From assembly GCA_964187785.1 (NCBI GenBank), contig OZ076409.1:97466001-97530000 (forward strand): a stretch of 64,000 bases of DNA, written 5' to 3'. A model generated the notes under the pieces. That model was not told where the DNA came from and searched no databases. It saw only the letters and a list, made by a program, of their open reading frames with translations. The DNA is from Amphiscolops sp. MND2022 (lineage: Eukaryota). This document shows, piece by piece, positions 62,715 through 64,000 of this stretch (its first letter is position 1; every line of letters starts with the position of its first letter). Both the position numbers and the translations under genes were made by a program.

Positions 62715-62830
62715 CTATGATGGAGATGCCACATAGCTCACAGTCACGTGTGTTGATGTTAGGATGAGCCACCAATAGTTTCACACTCGGGCAGTCCAAA
62801 TTCATCAGCGTGAACTGGTTCTCGTCAGGG
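62715..62830 (-). CDS. Penultimate exon of an unidentified gene (PDENQFTLMNLDCPSVKLLVAHPNINTRDCELCGISII)
   Basis: Strong T-rich ttcag acceptor, only one open frame, GC-richer island, AG|gtcacc donor in phase with the 61030 exon. Confidence 0.65.
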
Positions 62831-64000
62831 CTGAACAAAAAACAAAACAAAAGTTACCAGTTCAAGTACACACAAATGATACTGGTCAGGCTAAGCACTT
62901 CTAAGCTAACTGCTCAACAATGGTGGATCCCCAAATCACATAAGAGCAAATAACATAAAAATGAAAAGAGTTTCACTAAACATGAAATCAAAATGGTTTA
63001 CAAGAAAGTTTTAGTGGTCAAGAGCATGACAATTCAAAAGATTCACTGAAAAAACTTTACAGAAAATTACAGATAAAATTTCGTGAGATGGATAGTTTAA
63101 CTCGGTTTTATTTTTATGTTATATGAAACTAATTTGATTTTTATGTTAAATGGGACTAATTAATGGCAGAACCGAATCGAATTCTGAATTCAGCCGAAAC
63201 ATACATCGATTCAGGGTTACGGGGAATTCCCAAACAGCCGAAATCCCAAACAGCAGAAAATGAAAAATTGGTCTCAAACAGCAGAATATTTGTTTATGCT
63301 GCAATATGATTGGCTCAAATTTGAAATCGAACTGAATTCACTAAGCTGAAAACGCGTGTCAGATTTTGTCGGAATTGTTATTATAACGTAGTCAGCCATG
63401 TTCACATAACCCCTAATGCCATAAATGCAGAAGCGAAGCGAAGCGGAGCGACGTGCCATATGGCCATGCCTCAATGTTGGTACTTGGCGAAGGTAGCGAA
63501 GCGATATAGCCATACAACAAATATGCTAAGTATTTTTCGGCTGAGCGAAACCTTTTGTTTTTGGGCCAAGTGGCACCCCACCGCTGGATATTAACTGTTA
63601 ATGGCCACCCCCGAAAGCGCGAAAATTTTAATGCCCCCGATATGAACGATGAGTTTCAGTTGCGGTAAGTTATAAAATACTGCAATCTGATTGATTGTTT
63701 CTATCATAATTCAATGATAGTCTGTCTCATTCGACCGCCTAACTGGGGCAGGGACAGTAATTCACTGCGGCGTTCAAATACAAATTCTGCTGCGCATATT
63801 TAAAAAACTGCTTTTTACTTCTAAGGATTGAAAATTAGTTCAAAAATTGCTTTAAATCATTTTTTTGTTCCAAAATGTGGTTATTAAAATAGCAAAAGAT
63901 TGAATCTACAACAGTATCGTCCGACATTTTCAATCTGTTGGCGAATTCAAAGCTTTTTAGCAGACTAAAGCTTCTTTCTACATCCGCAGATGACGAAGGA

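Noticed and set aside
1..64000. P5A (ATP13A1) assignment, and a species assignment
   Set aside because: The M4 motif is PPALP, not PP[DE]LP. The species cannot be determined from the sequence alone.

Overview
Eukaryotic (animal-type), AT-rich, very repeat-dense DNA. The main gene is a minus-strand, multi-exon P5B-type P-type ATPase (ATP13A2/3/4/5 family, polyamine-transporter class). I assembled 16 phase-compatible exons by eye from about 44978 down to 871. They carry the TGES, PPALP, DKTGTLT, KGAPE and TGDN motifs, and the C-terminal part lies left of the window. Two minus-strand exons at 62830-62715 and 61030-60951 are the 3' end of a second, unidentified gene. Introns and intergenic DNA are mostly nested non-autonomous elements: two Helentron/DINE-like families (one with about 20 copies, several carrying tRNA-like modules), hAT-type MITEs with 8-bp TSDs, TA-flanked Tc1/mariner-type MITEs, a TTAA piggyBac-type MITE, foldback elements, a BED-finger transposase relic and a LINE endonuclease relic. 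There is also a 1.84-kb tandem duplication and a 250-bp palindrome. The most interesting signal is that three introns in the two genes are bounded almost exactly by terminal inverted repeats and target-site duplications that supply the splice sites, i.e. candidate hAT-derived introner-type intron gains. All exon boundaries are predictions without transcript data, and repeat coordinates are approximate unless a TSD is quoted.
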